NCBI GenBank assembly: GCA_028283745.1
Contig: JAPWJZ010000008.1
Location: 435,290-499,289, forward strand
Origin: Micavibrio sp.
GTDB taxonomy: Bacteria; Pseudomonadota; Alphaproteobacteria; Micavibrionales; UBA2020
Reading direction: 5' to 3'
DNA: 64,000 bases
Part shown: positions 40,256 to 52,545 of the stretch, piece after piece
Position numbering within the stretch: the first letter of the stretch is position 1
Layout of the letters: every line of letters begins with the position of its first letter
Translations under genes and position numbers: made by a program
The notes under the pieces: model-generated
What the model saw: only the letters and a program-made list of their open reading frames with translations
What the model was told of the DNA's origin: nothing
The model's database searches: none

Positions 40256-41233
40256 ATGAGCGAAAGCACCATGGCCCGGAAACCGGCAGTAAAAAAAGCA
40301 GCGACCCGAAAAGCGAAAGCCGCCGCTGTGGATATGCGTGATTACATTGGCTATGGCGAACACCCGCCGCATGCGCAATGGCCGAACGGCGCGCGCATTG
40401 CCGTGCAGGTGGTGCTGAACTACGAAGAAGGCGGGGAGAATTGCGTTTTGAACGGCGATGCCGCTTCGGAAACGTTCCTGTCGGAAATTATCGGCGCGGC
40501 GCGCATTGAAGGCCGGCATATCAGCATGGAATCGCTATATGAATACGGCTCCCGCGCGGGCGTGTGGCGCTTGCTGCGGCTGTTTAAAAAATACAACGTG
40601 CCGGTCACGGTTTTCGCCGTCGCCATGGCGCTTGAAAAATATCCCGATATCGCCAAGGCCTTTGTGCGTGACGGGCATGAAATATGCTCCCACGGCTATC
40701 GCTGGATAAACTATCAGGACGTCGATATCAAGACCGAGCGGGCGCACATGAAAAAAGCCGTGCAGGTGATTACCGACATTACGGGCCAGCGTCCGCTTGG
40801 CTGGTATACCGGCCGCACCAGCCCGAATACGCGCAAATTGGTGGTGGAAGAAGGCGGGTTTGTCTACGACGCAGATGATTACAGCGACGACCTGCCGTTC
40901 TGGGATACGCGGCATGCGAAGCCGCAGCTGATTGTGCCCTATACGCTGGATACGAACGACATGCGCTTTGCAACAGCGCAGGGCTTTAATGCGGGCGACC
41001 AGTATTTCAATTACCTCAAAGACGCCTTCGACGTGCTGTATGCCGAAGGTGAAACGGCGCCGAAAATGCTGTCCATCGGCCTGCATTGCCGCATTGTGGG
41101 GCGGCCCGCGCGCATGGCGGCGCTTGAAAAATTCATCAAGTACGTGCAGTCGCACGACAAGGTATGGCTTTGCCGCCGTATTGATATTGCCCGTCACTGG
41201 GAGAAAAAACACCCCGCCAAAGGTGCCGCATGA
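40256..41233 (+). CDS. puuE: allantoinase PuuE (polysaccharide-deacetylase fold)
   Basis: Polysaccharide-deacetylase-type sequence in urate-catabolic context; 325 aa. Confidence 0.85.
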   Translation: MSESTMARKPAVKKAATRKAKAAAVDMRDYIGYGEHPPHAQWPNGARIAVQVVLNYEEGGENCVLNGDAASETFLSEIIGAARIEGRHISMESLYEYGSRAGVWRLLRLFKKYNVPVTVFAVAMALEKYPDIAKAFVRDGHEICSHGYRWINYQDVDIKTERAHMKKAVQVITDITGQRPLGWYTGRTSPNTRKLVVEEGGFVYDADDYSDDLPFWDTRHAKPQLIVPYTLDTNDMRFATAQGFNAGDQYFNYLKDAFDVLYAEGETAPKMLSIGLHCRIVGRPARMAALEKFIKYVQSHDKVWLCRRIDIARHWEKKHPAKGAA

Positions 41234-41757
41234 CCGGAACGCCGCTTAAAAAAACACCCGCTGCCATGGGGCGCGATGCCTTCGTCAGGGCCTACGGCGG
41301 CGTCTATGAGCATTCGCCATGGATCGCGGAAGCGGTTTTTGTCGAAGCGCCGAATGCCGATACGGTGGAAGGGCTGCATGCCGTGATGCAGGTGGCCGTG
41401 CTGGCCGCGCCGCACGACAGGCTGCTGGCCCTGATTCAGGCGCACCCGGATTTAGCGGTGGCGCCGGCAGAGCTGTCGAACCTCACTGCAGCCTCCATTT
41501 CCGAGCAGACGGGCGCGGGGCTGAACCAATGCACGCCCGAAGAATTCGCGGCTTTCCGCCAGCTGAATGCGGATTACCGCTCCAAATTCGGCTTTCCTTT
41601 CATCGTGGCCGTGAAGGGGCTGACGCGGGGGCAAATTCTTGCGGCCTTCCGCGCCCGCATCCAGAACACGCCAGAGGCGGAATTTAACGCAGCGCTTGAA
41701 GAAATTCATAAAATCGCCAAATTCCGCATTATAGCTTTACAGGAGACGCTTGCATGA
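41230..41757 (+). CDS. uraD: OHCU decarboxylase
   Basis: 175 aa; its start overlaps the puuE stop. OHCU decarboxylase family features plus pathway context. Confidence 0.8.
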   Translation: MTGTPLKKTPAAMGRDAFVRAYGGVYEHSPWIAEAVFVEAPNADTVEGLHAVMQVAVLAAPHDRLLALIQAHPDLAVAPAELSNLTAASISEQTGAGLNQCTPEEFAAFRQLNADYRSKFGFPFIVAVKGLTRGQILAAFRARIQNTPEAEFNAALEEIHKIAKFRIIALQETLA

Positions 41758-42737
41758 CCGCCGCCTTTACCCGCCTCATCAACCTTGCCGTGCCCTATCT
41801 TGGCGCAAAAGTGGTATATGCCACGGACGATTTTTTTGCCGACAAAGCGCGGTTGATTACGCCTGAACCCGCCAAATGGATTGCCGATTTGTACGACGAC
41901 CACGGCAAGTGGATGGACGGCTGGGAAAGCCGCCGCAAGCGTGGCACGGGCTATGACCATGCCATCGTACAGCTGGGGCAGGCGGGGGTGATTGAGGGCG
42001 TGGATATTGACACCAGCCACTTCACCGGCAACTACGCGCCCGCAGCATCGCTGGATGCCTGCGTTTCCGATAAAGCCAACCCCGGCGACAAAGCCAAGTG
42101 GGTGCGAATTCTGGCTCCGACCAAAATGGCGGGCAACAGCAGCAACATACTGCCGATTGAAAGCCGCGCGGCATGGACGCACCTGCGCCTGAATATTTAC
42201 CCCGACGGCGGCGTTGCCCGGCTGCGCGTTTTTGGCCGCATTGACAAAGACTGGTCGAAAACCAAGAAAAGCGAAACGGTGGATTTGCTGGCGATGGAAA
42301 ACGGCGGCCGTTTGCTGGCCGCCAGCGATGCGCATTACGGCTCCCCCGTCAACGTGACCAAGCCGACCGAAGGCGAAAACATGGGTGACGCGTGGGAAAC
42401 CCGTCGCCGCCGCGAACCCGGTTTTGACTGGGCGATTTTTGAACTGGGCCATGCCGGCATCATCAAGGAAATTATGCTGCACACGGCCTTCCACAAAGGC
42501 AATTATCCCGACAGCGCTTCCATTCAGGCCTTCCACATGCCGGGCGCGGATGAAGAAACCATTGCAGCGCAGGCGCTGTACTGGCCGGACCTGCTGCCGG
42601 AAACCAAGCTCGGCCCCGACAAAAAGCACTGGTACAAAAAAGAACTTAAAGCGCTGGGGCCCGTGACCCACGTGCGCGTCAACATGATCCCCGACGGTGG
42701 CATCAGCCGCCTGCGCCTGTACGGCACGCTGGCATGA
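41754..42737 (+). CDS. alc: allantoicase
   Basis: Two internal allantoicase repeats (GWESRRKRG.. / AWETRRRREPG..). Confidence 0.9.
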   Translation: MTAAFTRLINLAVPYLGAKVVYATDDFFADKARLITPEPAKWIADLYDDHGKWMDGWESRRKRGTGYDHAIVQLGQAGVIEGVDIDTSHFTGNYAPAASLDACVSDKANPGDKAKWVRILAPTKMAGNSSNILPIESRAAWTHLRLNIYPDGGVARLRVFGRIDKDWSKTKKSETVDLLAMENGGRLLAASDAHYGSPVNVTKPTEGENMGDAWETRRRREPGFDWAIFELGHAGIIKEIMLHTAFHKGNYPDSASIQAFHMPGADEETIAAQALYWPDLLPETKLGPDKKHWYKKELKALGPVTHVRVNMIPDGGISRLRLYGTLA

Positions 42738-43231
42738 TCATCCTCCAGCCGCGGCCGCTCACCATCGAGGCCTTCGCCCCCTATGGCGATGTGCTGGAAA
42801 CCGGCGCTGCGCACGAACTGCGCCACATCAACTACGGCAATACCGACCGCTACCACGATGTTGCGGCGCTGGATGTGCTGGCGGAGGGTGGGCAGCCGCT
42901 GGTCAGCATTTTTCGCTCCCGCCCGCTGCCGCGCCCGATAGCGGTAACGGTGATGGAGCGTCACCCGCTTTCCAGCCAGGCCTTTTACCCGTTATCGCAG
43001 CACCCTTACATGGTGGTGGTGGCGGAAGCCGGGGAATTTGATGCTGGCAAGCTGCAGGCCTTTATTGCCAGCGGCACGCAGGGCGTGAATTACCGCAAGG
43101 GCACATGGCACCATTACAGCCTTGCGCTCGATAAACCGTGTGATTTTCTGGTGATTGACCGTGGCGGCCCTGAAAAAAACTGCGATGAAGTTTTTCTCGA
43201 CGGCGCAAATATCCGCACCGTTAACTACTAA
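42734..43231 (+). CDS. allA: ureidoglycolate lyase
   Basis: 165 aa cupin-like protein with AllA family N-terminus IEAFAPYGDV. Confidence 0.85.
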   Translation: MIILQPRPLTIEAFAPYGDVLETGAAHELRHINYGNTDRYHDVAALDVLAEGGQPLVSIFRSRPLPRPIAVTVMERHPLSSQAFYPLSQHPYMVVVAEAGEFDAGKLQAFIASGTQGVNYRKGTWHHYSLALDKPCDFLVIDRGGPEKNCDEVFLDGANIRTVNY

Positions 43232-44232
43232 CCGGCGTGCCGGCCCCAAAGCCACGCTGCGCCGCGCACGCCGGATGAATCGCCATGCACGGCCTTCAGT
43301 AGCGGTGTTTTGACGGTGTCGGAAAAAACGTATTTTTTCCACACTTCCGGCACTTCGGCATAAAGCGCCGCAACGTTGCTCATGCCGCCGCCCAGCACAA
43401 TCGCATCGGGGTCGAGGATGTTGATGACCTGCGCAAGCGCGCGGGAAAGCCTGTCCACGTAACGGTCGCGGGCGGCAATGGCCACTGTATCGCCTGCATC
43501 GGCGGCGGCGATAACATCGTGGGTGGATTTATCATCACCCGTTACGCGTTTATAATCGTTTTTAAATCCGGTGCCGGAAATCCATGTTTCAAGGCAGCCG
43601 CGGCGGCCGCAATAGCACAGCGGCCCCGGGTATTCCGCCGTGGCAAGGGCGGAAAAATAAGCGGGCTTTAATTTGTCTTCCGTGTCCGGTGCCTGCTCGA
43701 AATGCGCGAACATGGCTGCCGCGCCATCGCCTGTCGGGTGGCCGTAGGGCAGGGGGTTGTGGCCCCATTCGCCGCCAATGCTGTTCACGCCGCGGTGCGC
43801 ACGGCCCGCCAGCGCCACGCCGCCGCCGCAACCGGTGCCAATGATAACGCCGAATACAACGCCCTTGCCAGCGCCCGCGCCATCCGTCGCCTCGGAAACG
43901 GCGAAACAATTCGCGTCATTCTCCATGCGCACGTCGCGGTTCAGCGCGGCGGCCACGTCTTTTTGCAGCGGCTTGCCGTTGCACCAGACGGAATTGGAGT
44001 TTTTAATCAACCCCGTTTCCGGCACCACGGTGCCGGGAATGCCGATGCCGACGGTGCCGGTGGCCTTCAAGGTCGCTTCCGCCTGCTCCACCAGCATTTT
44101 AAAGGTTTTGACGGTGCCGGCATAATCGTTGCGGGCGGTCGGCACGCGGTGGCGGTACAGCTCCTTGCCGTTGCGGGCGTCAAGGCAGATGATCTCGGTT
44201 TTGGTGCCGCCAAAGTCGATGCCGATGCGCAA
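43228..44232 (-). CDS. ROK-family sugar kinase (fructokinase/glucokinase-like)
   Basis: IGIDFGGTKTE ATPase motif and Zn-binding CYCGRRGCLE. Confidence 0.8.
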   Translation of the reverse strand: MRIGIDFGGTKTEIICLDARNGKELYRHRVPTARNDYAGTVKTFKMLVEQAEATLKATGTVGIGIPGTVVPETGLIKNSNSVWCNGKPLQKDVAAALNRDVRMENDANCFAVSEATDGAGAGKGVVFGVIIGTGCGGGVALAGRAHRGVNSIGGEWGHNPLPYGHPTGDGAAAMFAHFEQAPDTEDKLKPAYFSALATAEYPGPLCYCGRRGCLETWISGTGFKNDYKRVTGDDKSTHDVIAAADAGDTVAIAARDRYVDRLSRALAQVINILDPDAIVLGGGMSNVAALYAEVPEVWKKYVFSDTVKTPLLKAVHGDSSGVRGAAWLWGRHAG

Positions 44233-44240
44233 GGTGTGCC

Positions 44241-44728
44241 TTAGCCTTTCTTCAGCTCGCCAAGAATTTCTTTGTAAACGGCAAGGCTGCGCACGGTTTT
44301 GTCATCATCCGCTGGTTCGGTGCCGCGGCCGTAGGCATCGAAATAGCGGCGAATATCTTCCTCCCGGCAAATGCCGGATTGGATTTCCTTCACGACGCAG
44401 TCACCGGTGCCAAGGTTTGCCATGCAATGCACGCCCTGCAGCGGAATGCGCACGCTTTCACCCTTCGGCAGCGTCAGGCGTTCGCCGTCAAGCACAACGG
44501 TCAGGGTGCCCTGCTTCACAATCCAGTGTTCGCGCCGGTGGTCGTGCGACTGCAGCGACAGAATTTGCCCCGGGTTGACGACGATTTCTTTTTCGCAGAA
44601 TTCCTCATCGTTCTCGTTGATGCCAACGGCGACGACGGTATAAGACCCCCAGGGACGCACATCGCTGTCCCCGACGGTATAGGCGGCCAGCAGTTCGGCC
44701 CCCCGGTTTTGGTTGTCTTTTGTCATGT
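44241..44728 (-). CDS. cupin-domain protein (mannose-6-phosphate isomerase type II C-terminal-like)
   Basis: WGSY..PGQILSLQSHDHRREHWIV..G cupin motifs. Confidence 0.6.
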
Positions 44729-44959
44729 GGTTACTACAGGGGAAGCCCGTCCCCGCTTTCAAGGCGCAGTCGTTCATGCTATTTCGTAAATGCGGGTAAA
44801 TATATTTTCCCGAAAACTTACTTCACACTACCAAGCCAAGTAAACGTTTTCATTTCATTAAAAATTCTCAATGCGTTCTTAACAATTTGCCCCTAAAGTT
44901 AAAGTCTGGATTTTTGCTAAAATCGCTATTTCGATAATGCCCATTCTGGAGGATTTCTG

Positions 44960-47900
44960 ATGCCCGTCGTCAATAATACATTCGTTGGTACCTCTGGTGA
45001 CGATACATTTGATGCGGGCACAAACGTAGATACTGTGCTTGGCGCCGAGGGCAACGACGTTCTGTCGGGCCGTGATGGCGGCAACAATTATTACTTTGAT
45101 GGCGGCACCGGTGCCGACCAGATGACAGGCAACGCAGGTGATGACACATATTTTGTCGATAACCTTGGCGACCAGGTCAACGAAGGAAACTACAGCAGCA
45201 ACGATACGGTTATTTCAACCATTTCATATACCCTTCTCGCCAATCTTGAATCGCTGATTCTTACGACGGGCGATACTTTTGGCAAGGGCAACACGCTCGA
45301 CAACACGCTTACCGGCAGTTCGGGCAATAACACGCTAGACGGCCTTGCCGGCGCGGATACGATGAGCGGCGGCACGGGTAACGATACTTATTATATCGAT
45401 AACCTCGGCGATACCATTATTGAAACGCCGCCCCCTGCGCCCGGCACGCCGAACACGGAAATTGACACGGCGTTTTCGACCATCAACTTCGACATCAGCG
45501 GCGTCAACGGTCTTGAAAACCTGACATTGCTGGGGAGTGCCATTACGGCTATCGGCAATAACGGTGATAACGTATTGACCGGTAACGCGGGTGCAAACTA
45601 CCTGGATGGCGGCAACGGTGATGATACGTTGGACGGCGGCACCGGCGCAGATACAATGCTTGGCGGCAGCGGCAACAATACCTTCGTCGTCGACAATACG
45701 GGTGATCAGGTTAATAATACCGGCGGTGGTATCGATTCCGTCGTCCAGTCTTACATCAGCTTCAACCTGTCGACTGACCTTGCCGCAGGTGTAGTCCAAA
45801 CACTGCAGCTTTTGGGTACTACGAATATCAACGGTACGGGGACCGCGTTCGCCGACGTCCTTATCGGTAACTCCGGCAAGAACACGCTAACTGGCGGCGA
45901 CGGAAATGACATCATTTCCAGCAACGGCGGTGGCGATCTCATGATCGGCGGCAACGGCGACGACCGGTATTACGTGTCCGCGACCAATGATATCGTGAGC
46001 GAGGGATCCGGCGTGCTTGCGGGCCTGCACGACATCGTCGTTTCATCCGCGACCTATACCTTAAGCGCGAACGTTGAAGACTTGCAGCTGACGGGCACCG
46101 GCAATATCAACGGTACCGGTAACGCCCTGAATAACATCCTGGTCGGCAACAGCGGCGACAACACGCTGGATGGCAAGGCCGGTGACGACAGCATGGCCGG
46201 CGGCGACGGCAACGATACCTATTACGTCGATTCCGTGAATGACTTCGTTGATGAGGTCGAGCTGCAGGGCACGCAGGATCTCGTCATCTCTTCCGTCAGC
46301 TACACGCTTTCCTCCACGCTTGAAAACCTGACGCTGTCCGGTACGGCGAGCCTCAACGGCACTGGCAACCAGTTTGCCAACATCATCACCGGTAACTCTG
46401 GCGTCAACATCCTCGACGGCCGCGAGGGCGCGGATACCATGATCGGCGGCGGCGGCGGCGACACCTATATGGTCGACAACACGCAGGACGTTATCACCGA
46501 AGCCGCAGGCGGCGGCACGGACATCGTGCTGTCGACTGTCAGCTACACACTTTCCGCTAACGTCGAAAACCTGACGTTGTTCGAGGCGGCAGACCCGGCC
46601 GACAGTTTTGACCTTAACGGTACTGGCAACGCGCTGGCTAATACCATCATTGGCAATAGCGGCGACAACACGCTTGATGGTGGCGGTGGCGCCGACAAAC
46701 TTATCGGCGGCGCAGGCGACGATACTTATATCGTTGATAGCTCAAGCGCTGTCATCGTCGAAGCCGCAGGCGCGGCTGCGGGCAATGATACTGTCATTTC
46801 CTCTGTCAGTTATACTTTATCCGCCAACCTTGAGAACCTGACGCTGTCAGGCACGGCTATTTCCGGCACGGGTAACGCGGATAACAACATTATTACCGGC
46901 AACGCCGCCAATAACACGCTACTCGGCAACGACGGCGACGATACAATCGACGGCGGCGCGGGCAGCGACCGCATGTCCGGCGGCAACGGCGACGACACGT
47001 TCTATGTTGACGCTACTGGCGATATAGTCATTGAAGCGGCGGGTGCCGGCAACGATGTGGTTTACTCCGCCGCCGTAACGTACACCATTGGCACGAACGT
47101 CGAAACGCTGACGCTTATCGGCGCCGCTGTCACGGGCATCGGCAACGCGGCCGACAACGTTATCAACGGCAACCTTTTCGACAACACGCTCGACGGCAAA
47201 GCTGGCGACGATACGATGGCGGGCGGCGCGGGCGATGATACTTATTTCATAGACAGTATCGGTGACCTTGTCATTGAAGGCTTGGGTGCGGGCAGCGATA
47301 CGGTCGTGACGGGCATTGAAAACTATGCAATCGGCACGAACATCGAAAACCTTGTGCTGGCAAACGGCATTTTGAGTGGCAGCGGCAACACGCTTGATAA
47401 CCTTCTGACAGGCAATGCGGGCATCAACACTCTTTCAGGCCTTGATGGCAACGACACGCTGGACGGCGGCATCGGCGCAGATACGCTGATCGGCGGCGAC
47501 GGTAACGATACGTTCTATGTCGACAATGCGCTGGACACGATTATCGAGACAGCGGGTGGCGCATCCGGTACGGCTGATACGGTTATCGCCGGCGTCAGCT
47601 ACAGCCTGCTCGCGCATGCAGACAACGTTGAAAATATCATTCTTGCCGCGGGCAAGGGCAACCTCGGCGCGATCGGTAATGCGCTTGACAACGTACTCAC
47701 CGGCAACGAAGGCAATAATACGCTGGACGGCGGCGCGGGTGACGATACGCTGATCGGTGGCCTTGGCAACGATACGTATTTCGTGGATTCAGCTTCCGAT
47801 CTTATCGTCGAAAATGGCGGCGAAGGCACGGATGTGGTGCACGCGACGGCCAGCTACGTATTGGGCGACAACATTGAGAATATCATTGTCGACGGTACGG

Positions 47901-50557
47901 CCGGTCTTAGCATCACCGGTAACACGCTTGATAACATCATGACAGGCAATATCGGCAACGATACGCTGAATGGCGGCGACGGCAATGACACGCTGAACGG
48001 CGGCATCGGTGCGGATACGATGATCGGCGGTCTCGGCGACGATGTGTATTACGTCGATGATCTCAATGATAGAATTATTGAAGCTGCGGATGAGGGAACG
48101 GATACGGTTCATGCAACCGCCAGCTATAACCTTGGCAATACCACCGGCATCGAAAGCCTTGTGCTTGACGGCACGGCAGCTATTAATGGCACCGGGGATG
48201 CCAATGACAACGTCATTATCGGCAACACGGGCAACAACAGCCTTACCGGCAATGACGGCAATGATATTCTTTACGGCGGCGCCATTGGCGGTACCGCAGC
48301 TGACGGCGTTGACACGCTGAATGGCGGTGCCGGTGACGATACGCTGAATGGCGGTACCGGCGCGGACGTAATGATCGGCGGTGCCGGTGATGACTATTAT
48401 TATGTCGACAACGCAGGCGATGTTGTTAGCGAAGCTGGCAACAGCGGAACCGATACGGTCGAAATCAGCGTCAGCTACGTCCTTGGCAACAACATCGAAA
48501 ACCTGGTTCTTGGTGGCACAAAAGCTATCAACGGTACGGGGGACATCGGCGATAATACTATTATCGGCAACAGCGCCACCAACGTGCTGACCGGTAATGG
48601 CGGTGATGACGTGCTGGATGGCAAGCTTGGCGCCGACCGCATGGCTGGCGGCCTTGGTAATGACACCTATTTCGTCGATAACAAGTCCGATACCGTGACC
48701 GAGGTTACGGGCGCCGGCTCGGGCGTTGACCTAGTCTATTCTTCCGTCACCTTCACTTTGGGTGCCAACGTTGAAAACCTGACGCTTCTTGGCGGCGAAA
48801 ACATCAATGCCATCGGCAATACGGGCATCAATACGCTGACGGGCAACGATGGCGACAATACGCTGAACGGCATGGCTGGGGCCGATACCATGATCGGTGG
48901 CAGCGGTAACGACACCTATATCATCGACAATATCGGCGATCATGTTGACGAGGCTGCCGGCGGCGGCAACGATACTATTCTTGCCTCCATTGCAGTCAGC
49001 GGCAATACCATCGACCTCAATGACTATGCCAACGTTGAGAACCTTATCCTGACGGGCAGTGCGGCGCTGAACGGCATCGGCACGGATGATAAAAACATTT
49101 TTGTTGGCAATAGCGGGGTCAACACCTTCACGGGCGGTGCCGGCGATGATACTTATTACATCACCTCGAAAGACAAAATTATCGAGCTTGATGGCGGCGG
49201 CAACGACACGGCTTACGTCACCGTAACCGGTAGCTATGTCATTCCCGAGTTCATCGAAAACATCATCATGATCGGCGCTTCAGGCAGCCTTACCGGCAAT
49301 AGCTTCGACAATACCTTAAGCGGCGGCACCGGCACCAATACGCTGGATGGCGGCATTGGTGCGGACGTTCTTTCCGGCGGCAAAGGCAACGATACGTATA
49401 TTGTCGACAACATCGGCGATGTCGTGACCGAGCTTTCGGGTGAAGGTACGGACACGGTCAAGTCATCCATCAGCTATACGCTGACGGCCTACGTCGAAAA
49501 CCTTGTGCTGACGGGTGCCGCTATTTCCGGTACCGGCAACGACCAGAACAATACAATTACCGGCAACGCAGGCGATAACACGCTGGATGGCATGGCGGGT
49601 GCCGACAGGATGATCGGTGGCGCCGGTAATGACACCTACATTGTCGACAACGTGAAGGATGTCATTTCCGACAGCAGCGGCGCGCATGATAGCGTCCATA
49701 CCGCATTGACCTACACGCTGCAGTCTGGCATCGAAGATCTGTTGCTGACGGGAAGCGCCAGCGTTAATGGCATCGGCAATTCCTATGCGAACCATATTGA
49801 AGGCAACACCGGCGATAATACGCTGAACGGCATGGCTGGCAACGACACCCTCGAGGGCGGCGCCGGCAACGACTATCTTATCGGCGGCGCCGGCAATGAT
49901 ACGCTCTTCGGTGGTGACGGCAACGACACATTAGACGGCGGTACCGGCATTGATACCATGACCGGCGGCCTGGGCAATGACATCTATACGGTTGATCATA
50001 TCAGTGATGTGGTCGTGGAAGCTGCGGGCGAGGGCACGGATAGCCTTACAGTCAACGTCAACAATTACCATTTAAGCTCGACCGCTGAAATCGAGAGCGT
50101 CACGCTTGGCACCCGTGCTGTTTCTTTCTATGGTAGTGATACCGATAACACCATCACCGGCAACAGTTACGCCAACAGCATTCATGGCGGCGGCGGGGAT
50201 GATATGCTGCATGGCGGCCTTGGCGCGGACCACCTCTGGGGTGATGCCGGGGCGGATACTTTCGTCTTTGATGCCGGGACGACCACCACTGCCGACTACA
50301 TCCACGACTTCAATATCGGTGATGGTGATAAGCTTGATATCTCCGCTATTCTCAGCGGCTATACGCCCGGCACCAGCGATCTTTCAGACTTCGTGCAATT
50401 TCAGGATCACAACGGTTATGCCGTTATGCAGGTGGATGCGGATGGCCTGGCAGCTGGAAGTACAGTGCATCACTGGGTCAACGTCGCCGTTATTTACGAC
50501 GTTGGCGGCCTTACGGCATCTGAACTTGAAACCAGCGGTGTGCTGATTACCAGCTAA
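44960..50557 (+). CDS. giant secreted calcium-binding repeat protein (RTX/hemolysin-type nonapeptide repeats; likely T1SS substrate or adhesin)
   Basis: 1865 aa. About 18 tandem ~85-95-aa units ([30 protein letters not shown]...[22 protein letters not shown]). Classical GGxGxDxxx runs and an acidic C-terminal tail without Cys. Confidence 0.85.
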   Translation: MPVVNNTFVGTSGDDTFDAGTNVDTVLGAEGNDVLSGRDGGNNYYFDGGTGADQMTGNAGDDTYFVDNLGDQVNEGNYSSNDTVISTISYTLLANLESLILTTGDTFGKGNTLDNTLTGSSGNNTLDGLAGADTMSGGTGNDTYYIDNLGDTIIETPPPAPGTPNTEIDTAFSTINFDISGVNGLENLTLLGSAITAIGNNGDNVLTGNAGANYLDGGNGDDTLDGGTGADTMLGGSGNNTFVVDNTGDQVNNTGGGIDSVVQSYISFNLSTDLAAGVVQTLQLLGTTNINGTGTAFADVLIGNSGKNTLTGGDGNDIISSNGGGDLMIGGNGDDRYYVSATNDIVSEGSGVLAGLHDIVVSSATYTLSANVEDLQLTGTGNINGTGNALNNILVGNSGDNTLDGKAGDDSMAGGDGNDTYYVDSVNDFVDEVELQGTQDLVISSVSYTLSSTLENLTLSGTASLNGTGNQFANIITGNSGVNILDGREGADTMIGGGGGDTYMVDNTQDVITEAAGGGTDIVLSTVSYTLSANVENLTLFEAADPADSFDLNGTGNALANTIIGNSGDNTLDGGGGADKLIGGAGDDTYIVDSSSAVIVEAAGAAAGNDTVISSVSYTLSANLENLTLSGTAISGTGNADNNIITGNAANNTLLGNDGDDTIDGGAGSDRMSGGNGDDTFYVDATGDIVIEAAGAGNDVVYSAAVTYTIGTNVETLTLIGAAVTGIGNAADNVINGNLFDNTLDGKAGDDTMAGGAGDDTYFIDSIGDLVIEGLGAGSDTVVTGIENYAIGTNIENLVLANGILSGSGNTLDNLLTGNAGINTLSGLDGNDTLDGGIGADTLIGGDGNDTFYVDNALDTIIETAGGASGTADTVIAGVSYSLLAHADNVENIILAAGKGNLGAIGNALDNVLTGNEGNNTLDGGAGDDTLIGGLGNDTYFVDSASDLIVENGGEGTDVVHATASYVLGDNIENIIVDGTAGLSITGNTLDNIMTGNIGNDTLNGGDGNDTLNGGIGADTMIGGLGDDVYYVDDLNDRIIEAADEGTDTVHATASYNLGNTTGIESLVLDGTAAINGTGDANDNVIIGNTGNNSLTGNDGNDILYGGAIGGTAADGVDTLNGGAGDDTLNGGTGADVMIGGAGDDYYYVDNAGDVVSEAGNSGTDTVEISVSYVLGNNIENLVLGGTKAINGTGDIGDNTIIGNSATNVLTGNGGDDVLDGKLGADRMAGGLGNDTYFVDNKSDTVTEVTGAGSGVDLVYSSVTFTLGANVENLTLLGGENINAIGNTGINTLTGNDGDNTLNGMAGADTMIGGSGNDTYIIDNIGDHVDEAAGGGNDTILASIAVSGNTIDLNDYANVENLILTGSAALNGIGTDDKNIFVGNSGVNTFTGGAGDDTYYITSKDKIIELDGGGNDTAYVTVTGSYVIPEFIENIIMIGASGSLTGNSFDNTLSGGTGTNTLDGGIGADVLSGGKGNDTYIVDNIGDVVTELSGEGTDTVKSSISYTLTAYVENLVLTGAAISGTGNDQNNTITGNAGDNTLDGMAGADRMIGGAGNDTYIVDNVKDVISDSSGAHDSVHTALTYTLQSGIEDLLLTGSASVNGIGNSYANHIEGNTGDNTLNGMAGNDTLEGGAGNDYLIGGAGNDTLFGGDGNDTLDGGTGIDTMTGGLGNDIYTVDHISDVVVEAAGEGTDSLTVNVNNYHLSSTAEIESVTLGTRAVSFYGSDTDNTITGNSYANSIHGGGGDDMLHGGLGADHLWGDAGADTFVFDAGTTTTADYIHDFNIGDGDKLDISAILSGYTPGTSDLSDFVQFQDHNGYAVMQVDADGLAAGSTVHHWVNVAVIYDVGGLTASELETSGVLITS
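45200..50100 (+). repeat. tandem ~270-bp coding repeats inside the RTX-type gene
   Basis: Recurring DNA strings such as ggcgacaacacgctggatggc, gatacctattacgtcga and gaaaacctgacgct at a ~270-bp period. Confidence 0.7.
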
Positions 50558-50566
50558 GGCGGGGGG

Positions 50567-51346
50567 TTACGCCAGCAGCTTTTTAACGCAGGCGGCGGTT
50601 GCATTGGCAGCTGCCGCCTGATTTTCTTCGATGATCTTCACAAGTGCGCTGCCGACGACAATGCCATCCGCCTTGCCGCGCAATGCCTGCACGTGCTGTG
50701 GCGTAGAAATGCCAAAGCCGACGGCGACGGGGTTTTGCAGCGTGTCCTTCAGTTCTGCAAGCCGCGCGTTCAGCTGTTGCGGCAGGGCTGCCTGCGCTCC
50801 CGTCACGCCTTCACGCGATACGTAATAGACGAACCCGCTGGAAGATTGATCTACCAGCGTCAAGCGCTCCTTCGATGTGGTGGGGGAGCATAGGAAAACG
50901 GTTTCAAACTGTGCAGCCTTCGCTGCGGTTACATATTCGCCCGCTTCTTCCGGCGGCAGGTCAACCAGCAGCGCGCCCTGCACGCCCGCTTCCTGCGCGG
51001 CTTTAATGAATGCGGTGTAACCCATTTTGTAAACGGGGTTGAGGTAGGAAAAAAGGCAGACCGGCATTTTAAGCCCGCGCGCGCGCAGGCGCTTTACCAG
51101 CGCAAATACGCCCTGCAGCGTTGCGCCCTTGGCAAGCGCGCGCTCGGCCGCGCGCTGGACTGTGATGCCATCGGCGACAGGATCGGAAAAAGGCACGCCC
51201 AGTTCAAGCGCGGCAGCGCCTGCGGCTTCCAGGCCTAAAATAACGTCTTCCGACGCTGCCATGTCGGGGTCACCCGCCATGATGAAGGGGATAAAGGCCG
51301 ATGTTCCAGCGGCGCGGGCCGCCAGCAGGGTTGCGCGCAGGGTCAT
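50567..51346 (-). CDS. trpA: tryptophan synthase alpha
   Basis: [25 protein letters not shown]. Confidence 0.95.
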   Translation of the reverse strand: MTLRATLLAARAAGTSAFIPFIMAGDPDMAASEDVILGLEAAGAAALELGVPFSDPVADGITVQRAAERALAKGATLQGVFALVKRLRARGLKMPVCLFSYLNPVYKMGYTAFIKAAQEAGVQGALLVDLPPEEAGEYVTAAKAAQFETVFLCSPTTSKERLTLVDQSSSGFVYYVSREGVTGAQAALPQQLNARLAELKDTLQNPVAVGFGISTPQHVQALRGKADGIVVGSALVKIIEENQAAAANATAACVKKLLA

Positions 51347-52545
51347 TTTTTGTCTCCGGTGTATTTCTGGATGATGCCGATGTCTTTATCGCCGCGGCCC
51401 GACAGGTTGATGATAAGGGTTTTGCCTTTCATGCCCGGGGCTATTTTGCAGGCGTGCGCAATGGCGTGGGAGCTTTCAAGCGCTGGAATAATCCCCTCCA
51501 GCCGCGCCAGCAGGTGGAAGGCCGCAACCGCTTCATCATCGCTCACGTTGGCATAGGTTGCGCGGTGCGTCGCGTGCAGGTAAGCGTGTTCGGGGCCAAC
51601 GCCGGTGTAATCCAGCCCGGCGGAAACGCTGTGGGTGGGTTCCGCCTGTCCTTCTTTGTCCTGCAAAATAAAAGTGCGCATGCCTTGAAAAACGCCGGGC
51701 GAGCCGCCTGCAAACCGCGCCGCATGGTGGCCGGGGCTGATGGCGGTGCCGCCGGCCTCAACGCCCACCAGCGCGACGCCTGCATCACTCACGAAGCCTG
51801 AAAAAATGCCAATCGCATTGCTGCCGCCGCCAACGCAGGCAACGACGCAATCCGGCAGCCTGCCTTCCGCCGCCATAAACTGCCCCCGCGCCTCCGTGCC
51901 AATCACGGCCTGAAAATCACGGACCATTTTGGGGTAGGGGTGGGGGCCAAGGGCGGACCCGAGCAGGTAATGCGTATCCGCAATATTGCCGACCCAGTCG
52001 CGCATCGCCTCGCTCACGGCATCCTTCAGCGTGCGGGAGCCGCTGTTGACGGCAACAACCTCCGCCCCCAGCAGGCGCATGCGAAAAACGTTCATTTCCT
52101 GCCGCGCCATATCATCCGCGCCCATGTAAACGACGCAGGAAAGACCGAAGGCCGCAGCCGCCGTCGCCGTGGCAACGCCATGCTGCCCCGCCCCCGTTTC
52201 CGCGATGATGCGGGTTTTGCCCATGCGCCGCGCCAGCAGAATTTGGCCGATCGCGTTATTAATTTTGTGTGCGCCTGTATGCGCCAAATCCTCGCGCTTC
52301 AGGTAAATCTTTGCGCCGCCAAGTTGCGCTGACAGGCGCGATGCATGCTGCAGCGGCGTTTGACGGCCGACAAAATTTTTCAACAGGCCTTCATATTCCT
52401 CCCAGAACGCGGGGTCTGCTTCCGCCGTCGCATAGGCCTGCTCGAGTTCTAGCAGCGGTGCCATCAGCGTGTCCGGCACAAAGCGGCCGCCGAATTCGCC
52501 GAAATAGCCGCGGTCATCGGGGTTTGTGCGGGTGTTGGTTTTCAT
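51343..52545 (-). CDS. trpB: tryptophan synthase beta
   Basis: [27 protein letters not shown]. Confidence 0.95.
   Translation of the reverse strand: MKTNTRTNPDDRGYFGEFGGRFVPDTLMAPLLELEQAYATAEADPAFWEEYEGLLKNFVGRQTPLQHASRLSAQLGGAKIYLKREDLAHTGAHKINNAIGQILLARRMGKTRIIAETGAGQHGVATATAAAAFGLSCVVYMGADDMARQEMNVFRMRLLGAEVVAVNSGSRTLKDAVSEAMRDWVGNIADTHYLLGSALGPHPYPKMVRDFQAVIGTEARGQFMAAEGRLPDCVVACVGGGSNAIGIFSGFVSDAGVALVGVEAGGTAISPGHHAARFAGGSPGVFQGMRTFILQDKEGQAEPTHSVSAGLDYTGVGPEHAYLHATHRATYANVSDDEAVAAFHLLARLEGIIPALESSHAIAHACKIAPGMKGKTLIINLSGRGDKDIGIIQKYTGDKK

Noticed and set aside
44960-50557. Possible CRISPR array or IS element because of periodic DNA repeats
   Set aside because: Repeats are ~270 bp, in frame and protein-coding (RTX-like units). 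There are no short direct repeats with unique spacers, and no cas or transposase genes.
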